A stretch of 64,000 nt of DNA, taken from NCBI GenBank assembly GCA_902493595.1, contig CABUPU010000002.1:73942-137941 (forward strand). Reading direction: 5' to 3'. The notes beneath the pieces were generated by a model. The model saw nothing but the letters and a program-made list of their open reading frames with translations, was not told the DNA's origin and made no database searches. Below are positions 10,215 to 19,802 of this stretch, one piece after another; positions within the stretch are counted from its first letter, which is position 1, and every line of letters begins with the position of its first letter. The translations under genes were made by a program, and so were the position numbers. This DNA is from an uncultured Mycoplasma sp. (GTDB lineage Bacteria; Bacillota_I; Bacilli_A; RF39; UBA660).

Positions 10215-10829
10215 ATGGATGAATATTTAAAATTAATAGTAAGACTTCAGTCACTAAGTCAAAATGGTCTTGCTTATGCAAATAATGAATATGATAAGGA
10301 AAGGTATGAAGAAATAAGAAATATTGCTTGTCATCTAATGGAATATAAAACTGATTTACCTTTTGAAAAAATAAAAGATTTATTTGGTAGTGAAAAGGGT
10401 TATCAAACACCTAAAATAGATACAAGAGCCGCTATTTTTAAAGATGATAAAATACTACTTGTACACGAAAATAATGATACTTGGGCTCTTCCTGGTGGTT
10501 GGTGTGATAATTTAGAAAGTGTAAAATCAAATACACTTAAAGAGGTAAAAGAGGAAGCTGGACTTACCGTGGAGGCTATAAAGTTAATTGCTGTTCAAGA
10601 TAGAAATAAACATAATACCCCAATTTATGCTTATGGTATTTGTAAAATATTTGTATTATGTAAAGTAGTAGGAGGCTCTTTTAAGAAAAATTGTGAAACA
10701 ATAGAAATGGGGTATTTTTCTTTGGAAGAGATTCCTAAGAATTTAGCTAATGAAAAAACTACTTTAGAACAAATTAAACTTTGTTTTGAGGCAAATAATA
10801 ATCAGAATTTTGAAACATATTTTGACTAA
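10215..10829 (+). CDS. NUDIX hydrolase (ADP-ribose pyrophosphatase-like) with Nudix N-terminal helical domain
   Basis: Nudix box GGWCDNLESVKSNTLKEVKEEAGL fits GX5EX7REUXEEXGU. RBS AAAGGAG lies upstream. Confidence 0.8.
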   Translation: MDEYLKLIVRLQSLSQNGLAYANNEYDKERYEEIRNIACHLMEYKTDLPFEKIKDLFGSEKGYQTPKIDTRAAIFKDDKILLVHENNDTWALPGGWCDNLESVKSNTLKEVKEEAGLTVEAIKLIAVQDRNKHNTPIYAYGICKIFVLCKVVGGSFKKNCETIEMGYFSLEEIPKNLANEKTTLEQIKLCFEANNNQNFETYFD

Positions 10830-10968
10830 TGTATTGCATAAAAATAAATATATTTAAATATGTTTGGATTTAAAATGAACTATTTAACATATGCACTAGA
10901 TATATTTTTATACTCATTTTATACAAATTTGAGTTTAAAAGAGTACTGCAAAAATATTCAGAAAATGT

Positions 10969-10998
10969 AAATAATTTGCAATGTATTGCAAATTATTT
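10969..10998. promoter_or_regulatory. perfect 14-2-14 palindromic operator overlapping the -35 of the ATPase gene promoter
   Basis: AAATAATTTGCAAT gt ATTGCAAATTATTT. The TTGCAA inside the right arm is followed after 17 nt by TATATT, then the RBS AGGTGA and the ATG at 11032. Confidence 0.55.
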
Positions 10999-11031
10999 TA
11001 TTTTGTGATATATTATATTTAGGTGAGATAT

Positions 11032-12219
11032 ATGATAGAGAGAAATGAATACTTAGAAGCATTAAAAAATTGGAAAGACAAAGATTTGATAAAAGTAGTT
11101 ACTGGTATAAGAAGGTGTGGTAAATCTACTTTATTTGAATTATTCGTAAATTATTTAAAACAAATAGGCGTTAATGATGAACATATAATATTTTTAAATC
11201 TTGAATCTCCTGAATATAATTTTAATGATTACATGGAACTTTATAATTATGTTAATGATAAAATAAAGGACAAAGATATGTATTATGTATTTTTGGATGA
11301 AGTTCAAGTTGTTCCACAATTTGAAAAGGCAGTCGATGGTCTTTATATAAAGAAAAATGTAGATGAATATATAACAGGTTCAAATGCTTATCTTCTATCT
11401 GGAGAACTTGCTACATTTTTATCTGGAAGATATGTGGAGTTTAAAATGTTTCCTTTATCATTTAAAGAATATGCAAATTACTACAAACAAGAAGGGGATG
11501 AGAAACTATATTTAAAATATATAAATAATAGTTCTATGCCTTATGCCTTAAAATTAGATAATCAAGATGAGGTTGATAAATATTTAGACAGTATATATAA
11601 TACAATAATAATTAAAGATATAGTAACTAGAAAAAAAATTGCTGATACAGGTATGCTTAGAAGCGTTTCTGAATTTATGTTTTCTAGTGTTGGTAACCTA
11701 TTATCTGTAAAAAAGATAGCTGATACATTAACATCTGCTGGAAGAAGTATATCAGTACATACAGTAGAAAACTATTTGGATTCTTTAGTAGAAAGCTTTA
11801 TTTTTAATAAGGCATCTAGATATGACATAAAAGGGAAACAATACTTAACTACTGGAGAAAAATATTATGCTACCGATGTTACTATGAGATATGCTTTGTT
11901 GGGTAGAAAATATATCGATTTAGGATGTATTTTAGAAAATATAGTATATTTGGAATTAGTAAGAAGAGGATATAAAGTATATATAGGTAAATCTGGTGAT
12001 AGAGAGATAGACTTTGTTGCAGAAAATAGTAAAGGAGTACAATATTTTCAAGTTGCATATACAGTAAGAGATAAAAATACATTAGAAAGAGAATTATCAG
12101 CTTTAGAATCCATAAATGATCATTATCCAAAATTTATATTAACAATGGATATAGATCCAGAAGTTGATTATAATGGAATAAGAAAAATTAATGTACTTGA
12201 TTGGTTGTTGGGCAAATAG
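11032..12219 (+). CDS. AAA+ ATPase of the COG1373 / AAA_14 + DUF4143 family
   Basis: Walker A GIRRCGKST and Walker B-like VFLDEVQ. The overall pattern is typical of the DUF4143 ATPase family. RBS AGGTGA is 5 nt upstream of the ATG at 11032. Confidence 0.75.
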   Translation: MIERNEYLEALKNWKDKDLIKVVTGIRRCGKSTLFELFVNYLKQIGVNDEHIIFLNLESPEYNFNDYMELYNYVNDKIKDKDMYYVFLDEVQVVPQFEKAVDGLYIKKNVDEYITGSNAYLLSGELATFLSGRYVEFKMFPLSFKEYANYYKQEGDEKLYLKYINNSSMPYALKLDNQDEVDKYLDSIYNTIIIKDIVTRKKIADTGMLRSVSEFMFSSVGNLLSVKKIADTLTSAGRSISVHTVENYLDSLVESFIFNKASRYDIKGKQYLTTGEKYYATDVTMRYALLGRKYIDLGCILENIVYLELVRRGYKVYIGKSGDREIDFVAENSKGVQYFQVAYTVRDKNTLERELSALESINDHYPKFILTMDIDPEVDYNGIRKINVLDWLLGK

Positions 12220-12227
12220 TTAGAGGA

Positions 12228-12500
12228 GTGATTAAATGTACTCCACAGCATGGTTTAATTCTTACAATGGATCCTCAAAGTGGGAAAATACTTGCTATGG
12301 GTTCAACTTTTAAAATAATTACTTTTACTGGCAATGATTCTATTATTGTAGGTGCAACACTACACTGCTGGAAATACGGAAGGACATTGAGTCCAAGCAT
12401 ACATTGAGGTTGCCAAAAATTCTTGCAATCAAGGATTTGTATCATTTGGTCAAAAATTAGGTGTACAAAAACTAATGCGTTTATTTATAAATTATAGTAA
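12228..12500 (+). pseudogene. decayed partial duplicate of the transpeptidase region of the downstream PBP gene
   Basis: DNA at 12228-12500 aligns with 13352-13750 of the PBP gene (HALILAMDPQSG.ILAMGS, STFKIIT, GATLHCWK, ENSCN.GFVS.GQKLG.QKLM), with two internal deletions between short direct repeats. ORF 12201..12407 is this remnant. Confidence 0.75.
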
Positions 12501-12641
12501 GAAACTTAAATGCGTAAGAAATGTGGAGATTGAGGATACTATTGATGCAATAAAACAGATAATTGAGATATTAGATTCAAAAATTATTGAGGTATAATAA
12601 TATTCTAATAAAAAAATAAATATATTTAAATAGGTGATGAT

Positions 12642-14543
12642 ATGTTTTATAAACTAATTCATACACGTATTAGATATATTTTTTTATTTGTATTTATAAT
12701 TCTTTTATGTGTAATAATAAAAGTATTTTATATTGAGGTAATAAGCTATAATAAACTTAAAAGTTTATCAGATGATTTATACTCAAGAAATCTTCCTATT
12801 AAAGCTGATAGGGGTAAAATAGTAGATAGAAATGGGTTAGTACTCGCAGATAATATTACAACTACCTCGCTTGTTTTAGTGCCAAGACAAATTAAAGATA
12901 AAGAAAAAGTAGCTAAAGATTTATCTGATATTTTAGGCACTTCTTACGAAGATATGCTTGCTCATGTAAGTAAGAAAACCTCAATTGAAAGAGTTCATCC
13001 TGAGGGAAGAAGACTTTCTTATGAAATCTCAGACAAAATAAATGATTTAAATTATGATGGAGTTTATCTTCTAAAAGAAAGTAAAAGGTATTATCCATAT
13101 AAAGAACTTTTATCGCATACTTTAGGTTATGTTGGTATAGATAATCAGGGCTTAAGCGGTCTTGAACTTATTTATGATGAATATTTAAAAGGTGAAGATG
13201 GCTCTATTAAATATTTTTCTGATGGTAAAGGAAATCGTCTTGAAATGGCGCAGGTTTATGAAAGCCCGACTGATGGGATAACTATAGGCTTAACTATAGA
13301 TTTAAATTTGCAAAAAGCAGTTGAGGGTGCCCTTGATGAAATAGTTTCTAAATATACTCCAGAACATGCTTTAATACTTGCAATGGATCCGCAAAGTGGA
13401 GAAATACTTGCTATGGGTTCAAGACCAGGATTTGATCCAAATAATTATAAAGATTATGATACTGAAACCATTAATAGAAATCTTCCTATTTGGATGACTT
13501 ATGAACCAGGTTCAACTTTTAAAATAATTACACTTGCCTCTTCGATTGAGGAAAAAACTATTGATTTATTCAAAGATACTTTTACTGATAGTGGTTCAAT
13601 TAATGTTGAGGGTGCAACACTACACTGTTGGAAACATGGGGGTCATGGAACGCAAACTTATCTTGAGGTAGTGGAAAATTCTTGCAACCCGGGATTTGTA
13701 TCAATGGGTCAAAAACTTGGTACACAAAAACTTATGAGTTATATAAAAAGTTTTGGTTTTGGTAAAAAAACAGGAATAGATTTAAATGGTGAAAGTAATG
13801 GAATACTTTTTAATATAAATAAAATGGGCCCAGTGGAAACTGCAACAACAGCATTTGGACAAGGAATAAGTGTTACTCCGTTGCAACAAATAACCGCAGT
13901 TAGTGCAGTCGTAAATGGAGGGAATTTATATAAACCTTACATAGTTAAAAGTTTAATGAATGAAAGTGGTGCACTTCTTGATTATAATGAAAAAGTTTTA
14001 GTAAAAAAAGTTATTAGTAAAGATACTTCCTCTCTTGTTAGATTTACTTTAGAGAGTGTTGTTGCTAATGGTACAGGAAGAAATGCATATATTGAAAATT
14101 ATCGTGTTGGTGGTAAAACAGGTACTGCTCAAAAAGTTGTTGATGGAAAATATTCATCCTCAAGTTATATTTTATCTTTTGTTGGTTTTATGCCTGCGGA
14201 TAATCCTAAAATTGTTATATATGTTGCAATTGATGGTGCCAAAAATGTAACTCAATATGGTGGTACTGCCTCTGCTCCAGTTGCTAAAAGTATTCTTACA
14301 AGTGCAATAGATATTTTAGGTATAAAGCCCTCAAAAGAGGGAATGCCTAAAGAGTATAATTATTTAGATAAAAAATATACCTATGTTCCTGATGTTACAG
14401 GAATGAGTCTTGAGGATGCTAAAAAAACTTTAAAAGGATTTAAAATTGAACTTTCTGGTAATGGTGAAAAAGTGTTTTATCAATCACCTGAAGTAGGTAC
14501 TTATATAGAGGAGGGTTCAACCGTAATGTTAATGCTTAAATAA
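12642..14543 (+). CDS. class B penicillin-binding protein (FtsI/SpoVD-like transpeptidase) with C-terminal PASTA domain
   Basis: SxxK (STFK), SxN (SCN) and KTG(T) motifs. N-terminal TM anchor, dimerisation domain, and a PASTA-like C-terminus (YVPDVTGMSLEDAKKTL...). Confidence 0.85.
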   Translation: MFYKLIHTRIRYIFLFVFIILLCVIIKVFYIEVISYNKLKSLSDDLYSRNLPIKADRGKIVDRNGLVLADNITTTSLVLVPRQIKDKEKVAKDLSDILGTSYEDMLAHVSKKTSIERVHPEGRRLSYEISDKINDLNYDGVYLLKESKRYYPYKELLSHTLGYVGIDNQGLSGLELIYDEYLKGEDGSIKYFSDGKGNRLEMAQVYESPTDGITIGLTIDLNLQKAVEGALDEIVSKYTPEHALILAMDPQSGEILAMGSRPGFDPNNYKDYDTETINRNLPIWMTYEPGSTFKIITLASSIEEKTIDLFKDTFTDSGSINVEGATLHCWKHGGHGTQTYLEVVENSCNPGFVSMGQKLGTQKLMSYIKSFGFGKKTGIDLNGESNGILFNINKMGPVETATTAFGQGISVTPLQQITAVSAVVNGGNLYKPYIVKSLMNESGALLDYNEKVLVKKVISKDTSSLVRFTLESVVANGTGRNAYIENYRVGGKTGTAQKVVDGKYSSSSYILSFVGFMPADNPKIVIYVAIDGAKNVTQYGGTASAPVAKSILTSAIDILGIKPSKEGMPKEYNYLDKKYTYVPDVTGMSLEDAKKTLKGFKIELSGNGEKVFYQSPEVGTYIEEGSTVMLMLK

Positions 14544-14631
14544 CTTCCGCTTGAATTTTAAAATATTTTTAAGACACTTTTAAAAAGCCTAAAAGTATTG
14601 TATACTAATTATAGTAAGATAGGTGATATTG

Positions 14632-14889
14632 ATGAGACAAACAAAAGGAATAGTTACTGAGGTATTTATGCCAAATGAATATAGAGAAGAGTTACTTCTT
14701 GATACATTAGATAATAATGTAATCGGCTTTAAAGTAAATACTAGTGATGGAGAAAGAGTAATAATCGAAGAAATTGATGAATTTAATAGTCAAATAATGA
14801 AGGATGACTTAGTTTTGATTACTGAGCAAACTATTGATGGTCATTATTTTATAGATATAGAACTTACTGAGGATGAAAATGAAATATGA
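14632..14889 (+). CDS. small acidic hypothetical protein (85 aa) immediately upstream of and overlapping the helicase gene
   Basis: ORF with AGGTGA 5 nt upstream of the ATG at 14632. It overlaps the helicase start by 17 nt, which suggests coupling. Confidence 0.45.
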   Translation: MRQTKGIVTEVFMPNEYREELLLDTLDNNVIGFKVNTSDGERVIIEEIDEFNSQIMKDDLVLITEQTIDGHYFIDIELTEDENEI

Positions 14890-17800
14890 TGTAGTAGGAT
14901 TATATGAACATAATGAAATAAGTTATGATAAAGTAAAAGAAGCTTTTAAAACTAGCGATGTTGTGGGAATAGTTCAAGCAACAGGTACTGGTAAAAGTTA
15001 TAATGCTTTACAGATTTGTTATGATAATCAGGGCAAAAAAATAATATATGTTGTGCCATCTTTAGGAATTATTGAACATATTAAATCAATAATCGAAGAA
15101 AATCCTAACTTATCATTAGATAAAGATTTTAAAAATGTTGAATTTAGAACCTATCAAAGTTTTTTAAACCTTTCAAAAAAAGAAATGGAAAGCATACCTT
15201 GTGATTTAATAATAGATGATGAATTTCATCATCTTGGAGCACCTGTATGGGGACAAAGAGTTAAAACATTTATAGAACTTCATCCAGGTGTTAAAGTATT
15301 TGGAATGACTGCTTATACTGTAAGAGATCGTGGAACAATATATGAAAGAGATATGGCTAATCCTGATACTGATGAATTGTTTTCAAATAAAATAGTTAGT
15401 AAATATGATTTATGTGATGCAATGGTTGATAAGGTATTACCAAAACCAATATATAAATGTGCTTATATAGGGTTAGAAAAAATGTTAAATGAATTCGAAG
15501 CCAAAGTAAAAGAAAGTAGCAAAGAAATAAATGAACTACTTGAAAGTGCTAGAAAGAAAGTCCACGAAGCACCAAGTATTAAAGATTTAGTAATAAAATC
15601 AATTAAGAAAAATGGTAAATATATTTATTTTTGTCCGCCATATTCAGAAAAAGGTGAAAATGATATTGAAAGTATAAAAAAGGAAGCCTTAGAATGGTTT
15701 AAATCTATTCTTCCCGAAGAAGATATTGTATTTTATACCTCGACAAGTGATATGGGAACATTTGGAAAGCAAAATAGAAAAGCTTTTTACAATGATTTAG
15801 ATTTAGAGGGTAAAGATGCCAAAGGAAAACTTCGTGTAATGTTTGCTATAAATCAATATAATGAAGGAATACATGCTCCCAATGTAGATGGAGTAATAAT
15901 GGGAAGAACAACTACATCAGATATAGTATTTTTTGAGCAGTTAGGAAGAGCATTGTCCGTAAAAGGAAATACTTTCGAAGAATATAATCATTTAATAAAT
16001 TTAAGTTATGAACAGTTACTCCAATTGTGTAAAGATAAAGATATTCCAGTAAAAGAAGATGCTACTAAAGAAGATATGATAGAAAGTTTACTTGCACCAG
16101 TGGTAATCGATTTAGTGGGAAACTATGAATATATAAAAGAACTTGAAAATAATTTACAAAATAGAGTTAAGGAAATTCAAAGTAAAGGCCCAGGTAATGA
16201 AAGAGTTATTAAATTAAAAAATCCTACATTTGATATTGAAGTTGAAAATAAAAACTTATATGAAATGTTAGAAAATTTAAGAGAAAAATTAACACTTTCT
16301 TGGAATGATATGTATGAATATGCAAAAAAATATTACGAACATTATGGAAATCTCGATGTACAGTATAAATTTAAAACCAATGATGGCTTCACTAAAAATG
16401 ATGATGGTAAAATAAATCTTGGGGTGTGGATTACTAATCAAAGACATAAACTTACTCCAGAAAGTGAAAAAGGAAAATTATTATTGCAAATAGGAATGAG
16501 TTTTGAAAATAAAAAAAGTACTTTTTCTTGGGAAGAAATGTATGAGTATGCAAAAAAATATTATGAGCATTATAAAAATCTTGAAGTTCCTCATAGGTTC
16601 AAAACCGATGATGGTTTTTCGTCAAATGAATATGGAAAAATAAATCTCGGAGTTTGGATTCAAAATCAAAGATATAAAATTTCTGTAGATAGTGAAAAAG
16701 GAAAGTTACTTTCTCAAATAGGAATGCGTTTTGAACGGAAAAAAATCTCTTGGGAAGAAATGTATGAATATGCAAAAAAATATTATGAACATTATAAAGA
16801 TCTTGAGGTGCCTATCAAATTTAAAACAAACGATGGTTTTACTAGAGATGACAATGGCAAAATAAACTTAGGAGCTTGGCTTCAAAATCAGAAATATATT
16901 ATTTCCCCGGATAGTGAAAGAGAAAAGTTACTAATGCAAATAGGAATGCACTTTGAGCGAAAAAATATTTCTTGGGAAGAAATGTATGAATATGCAAAGA
17001 AATATTATGAACATTATAAAGATCTTGAAGTACCTGCTAAATTTAAAACAACTAATGGATTTACTAAAGATGACAATGGTAAAATTAATTTAGGAATATG
17101 GATCTTGTCTCAAAGGCATAATATTTCTCCGGACAGTGAAAAAGGAAAGTTATTATCACAAATAGGAATGAGTTTTGAAAATAAAAAAAGTACTCTTTCC
17201 TGGGAAGAAATGTATGAATATGCAAAGAAATATTATGAACATTATGGAAACCTTGAGGTATCTGCCAAATTTAAAACGAATGATGGTTTTACTAGAGATG
17301 ACAATGGTAATATTAATTTAGGTGCTTGGATTTCATATCAAAGAAAAAGAGTTTCTCCAGAAAGTGAAAAGGGAAAACTACTATCACAAATAGGAATGCG
17401 TTTTGAAACAAAGAAAAATGTTTCTTGGGAAGAAATGTATGAGTATGCAAAGAAATATTATGAACATTATGCAAACCTTGAGGTACCTAACAAATTCAAA
17501 ACCAATGATGGTTATACCTTTGATGAGAAAGGTGAAATAAATCTTGGAAATTGGATTATTGCACAAAGGCATAATATTTCTCCGGACAGTGAAAAAGGCA
17601 AACTACTTTCACAAATAGGACTGCGTTTTGCAAATTTAAGAAGTCTAATTTCATGGGAAGAAATGTATGAGCAAGCTAAAAAATATCAAAAATATTATGG
17701 CAATCTTGAAGTACCTAAAAAATTTAGAACTGATGATATTTATACTTATGATAAAAATGGTAAAATTAAATTGGGATTATGGGTAGATAGAATGCGTAAA

Positions 17801-18634
17801 ACAATTGATCTCCAAAGTGAAAAAGGCAAGCTACTTACGCAAATTGGTATGAGATTTACTGAAGAAGTTCCGGATGAAGTTTGGTTAAATATGTATTCTT
17901 ATGCAAAAAGGTATTATGATACATGGGGATATTTAGCAAATATGAACTGCGAATTTAAAACCAATGATGGCGTTAATTACGATAAGTATGGCAAAATTAA
18001 TTTGGGATTATGGGTAGATGAACAAAAAAATCTTATTGCTCCGGAAAGTAAACGAGGTAGAATGCTTGCCCAACTTGGTATGGATTTTCCTAAAAAGAAA
18101 ATGACCTGGTTTACAATGTATGAACTTGCAAAAAAATATTATGAATACTACGATAATCTTAGAATTCCTATAACTTTTAAAACTAACGATGGAATTAATT
18201 ATGATAAAAATGGTAAATTTGACTTAGGACTGTGGTTATTTCGCCAATTTGAAAACAATGACCCGACTAGTGAACAAGGTATTTTACTTTCAAATATTGG
18301 AATGATATGGAACAATGATATAAGACTTTTACAACTTCATATAGCGTGTGATGCTCACAAAATAGACTTTGAAAAGTATAAAGATGAGCTTTTCAAAATT
18401 CCAATTTCCTTGTTATGTGCCAAAATGGATTTTTTATACTTTAATTCTATTCCAATTATAGATAGTGAAGGCAATCTTAATGAAATATTTAATTTAAATA
18501 GTACTGAAATTTATGAAAAATATAATATTACAATTAAACAGTTACTTTCTAAATATAAGTCTACTTTAAACTTTTGCAGTTATATTCTTAAAAAACGATT
18601 AAGTGAGAGTGAAAAAAATAAAAAAGTTTTATAA
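14873..18634 (+). CDS. DEAH/ResIII-type SF2 helicase with nine C-terminal helicase-associated (HA, PF03457-like) domains
   Basis: Walker A-like ATGTGKS and motif II DDEFHH (DEAHH-like) at the N-terminus. Then nine ~73-aa units of pattern SWEEMYEYAKKYYEHYGNLEVPxKFKTNDGFTxDDNGKINLGxWIxNQR...EKGKLLSQIGMRF. Confidence 0.75.
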   Translation: MKMKYDVVGLYEHNEISYDKVKEAFKTSDVVGIVQATGTGKSYNALQICYDNQGKKIIYVVPSLGIIEHIKSIIEENPNLSLDKDFKNVEFRTYQSFLNLSKKEMESIPCDLIIDDEFHHLGAPVWGQRVKTFIELHPGVKVFGMTAYTVRDRGTIYERDMANPDTDELFSNKIVSKYDLCDAMVDKVLPKPIYKCAYIGLEKMLNEFEAKVKESSKEINELLESARKKVHEAPSIKDLVIKSIKKNGKYIYFCPPYSEKGENDIESIKKEALEWFKSILPEEDIVFYTSTSDMGTFGKQNRKAFYNDLDLEGKDAKGKLRVMFAINQYNEGIHAPNVDGVIMGRTTTSDIVFFEQLGRALSVKGNTFEEYNHLINLSYEQLLQLCKDKDIPVKEDATKEDMIESLLAPVVIDLVGNYEYIKELENNLQNRVKEIQSKGPGNERVIKLKNPTFDIEVENKNLYEMLENLREKLTLSWNDMYEYAKKYYEHYGNLDVQYKFKTNDGFTKNDDGKINLGVWITNQRHKLTPESEKGKLLLQIGMSFENKKSTFSWEEMYEYAKKYYEHYKNLEVPHRFKTDDGFSSNEYGKINLGVWIQNQRYKISVDSEKGKLLSQIGMRFERKKISWEEMYEYAKKYYEHYKDLEVPIKFKTNDGFTRDDNGKINLGAWLQNQKYIISPDSEREKLLMQIGMHFERKNISWEEMYEYAKKYYEHYKDLEVPAKFKTTNGFTKDDNGKINLGIWILSQRHNISPDSEKGKLLSQIGMSFENKKSTLSWEEMYEYAKKYYEHYGNLEVSAKFKTNDGFTRDDNGNINLGAWISYQRKRVSPESEKGKLLSQIGMRFETKKNVSWEEMYEYAKKYYEHYANLEVPNKFKTNDGYTFDEKGEINLGNWIIAQRHNISPDSEKGKLLSQIGLRFANLRSLISWEEMYEQAKKYQKYYGNLEVPKKFRTDDIYTYDKNGKIKLGLWVDRMRKTIDLQSEKGKLLTQIGMRFTEEVPDEVWLNMYSYAKRYYDTWGYLANMNCEFKTNDGVNYDKYGKINLGLWVDEQKNLIAPESKRGRMLAQLGMDFPKKKMTWFTMYELAKKYYEYYDNLRIPITFKTNDGINYDKNGKFDLGLWLFRQFENNDPTSEQGILLSNIGMIWNNDIRLLQLHIACDAHKIDFEKYKDELFKIPISLLCAKMDFLYFNSIPIIDSEGNLNEIFNLNSTEIYEKYNITIKQLLSKYKSTLNFCSYILKKRLSESEKNKKVL
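16293..18310 (+). repeat. nine tandem ~220-bp coding repeats (HA-domain units); the central six are near-identical at the DNA level
   Basis: Units start near 16297, 16527, 16749, 16968, 17199, 17420, 17652, 17880 and 18105. The block tcttgggaagaaatgtatga(a/g)tatgcaaa(a/g)aaatattatgaacattat recurs. Confidence 0.8.
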
Positions 18635-18644
18635 TATTTAAAAA

Positions 18645-18670
18645 TGTAAAGATAATTCTTTGCATTTTTT
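18645..18670 (+). terminator. rho-independent terminator after the helicase gene
   Basis: tgtaaag-ataatt-ctttgca hairpin (one G.U pair) followed by TTTTTT. Confidence 0.5.
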
Positions 18671-18740
18671 ATTTGCTTTTAGTATTTTAAAGAATAGTTC
18701 TATTTACTTTTGAAATTCATAAAATTTAATGAGGAAAAAT

Positions 18741-19724
18741 ATGATTTTAACTAAGACTATTTTATGTTTAATATTAGGTTTTTTATCTTCATTAGTATTA
18801 GGCTTTTTAGTAGTACCATTTTTTAAGAAATGTCATATGTATCAAAGTATATCAAAAACTATTTCTAAAAGACATCTTTTAAAAGAGGGGACTCCCACAA
18901 TGGGAGGAGTTATTTTCATAATTAGTACATTATTTATAATTATTTTTTTGTTTTTAAATAAGAATATTCATTTTAATTTAAATTTATTTATAATATTATG
19001 CATATTTATTTTGTATGCATTTCTTGGATTTATTGATGATCTTCTTAAAATAAGATTTCATAATAATAAAGGACTATCAATAATTTTAAAGTTTTTTATT
19101 CAAGTTATTATTGGAATATTTTTCTTTGTTTTATTTTTAATTTCAGGAAATAATACAGTTCTTAATTTTTATTTATTTTCAATAGATTTAAAATATTTAT
19201 ATGGTCTTTTAATTTTATTTATGCTTGTTGGTGGTTCTAATGCAGTAAATATTACAGATGGTCTTGACGGTCTTGCTGCCGGATTATGCACGATATCATT
19301 TATTTCTTATGGAATTATTGCCTTTAATAGTCCATTTATTTTGGGTTATGAAGAAATAGGTATTTTTTGTTTTACTTTGGCAGGAGCTTTAATAGGATTT
19401 TTGTTTTTTAATTTTTATCCTGCCAAAATATTTATGGGTGATTTAGGTTCCCTTTCTTTAGGTGCCACTCTTGCATCGGTATCTATTTTGCTTAAATGTG
19501 AACTTTCCCTTGTTATAATTGGTTTAGTCTTTATCATTGAAACTCTTTCAAGTTTTATTCAAATTATTTCTATAAGATACTTTAATAAAAAAATATTTTT
19601 AAAAAGTCCACTTCATCATCATTTTGAGATGCTAGGTTTTAAAGAAACAGATATTATAAAACTATTTTATTTAGTCTCTTTAGTATGCTCTTTAATAACT
19701 CTTATTTATATATTAGTTCATTAA
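18741..19724 (+). CDS. mraY: phospho-N-acetylmuramoyl-pentapeptide transferase
   Basis: Polytopic membrane protein with MraY hallmarks (TPTMGG, NAVNITDGLDGLA, HHHFE). GAGG RBS 6 nt upstream of the ATG at 18741. Confidence 0.85.
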   Translation: MILTKTILCLILGFLSSLVLGFLVVPFFKKCHMYQSISKTISKRHLLKEGTPTMGGVIFIISTLFIIIFLFLNKNIHFNLNLFIILCIFILYAFLGFIDDLLKIRFHNNKGLSIILKFFIQVIIGIFFFVLFLISGNNTVLNFYLFSIDLKYLYGLLILFMLVGGSNAVNITDGLDGLAAGLCTISFISYGIIAFNSPFILGYEEIGIFCFTLAGALIGFLFFNFYPAKIFMGDLGSLSLGATLASVSILLKCELSLVIIGLVFIIETLSSFIQIISIRYFNKKIFLKSPLHHHFEMLGFKETDIIKLFYLVSLVCSLITLIYILVH

Positions 19725-19756
19725 AAATCAGATTTTAAAAATAACTTTACAATGAT

Positions 19757-19785
19757 TTGCCATTACGCTTAAAATATGATAGTAT
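19757..19785 (+). promoter_or_regulatory. sigma70-like promoter TTGCCA-N17-TAGTAT with TG extended -10 (copy 1 of a duplicated promoter module)
   Basis: The block ctttacaatgatttgcca...aaaatatgatagtat is conserved with 20685-20725. Confidence 0.5.
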
Positions 19786-19802
19786 ACACGGCGGGTGGTT
19801 TT

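Noticed and set aside
10213-10410. Minus-strand 65-aa ORF overlapping the NUDIX gene start
   Set aside because: It is antisense to a confidently assigned gene and has no RBS.
12201-12407. ORF 12201..12407 (68 aa) as a real gene
   Set aside because: Its translation is a patchwork of PBP transpeptidase motifs. It is a remnant of the decayed PBP duplicate, with no RBS.
16293-18310. Regular ~220-bp tandem repeats that could be mistaken for a CRISPR-like or satellite array
   Set aside because: They are in-frame coding repeats (HA domains) inside one long ORF. The unit is far longer than CRISPR repeats and there are no unique spacers.
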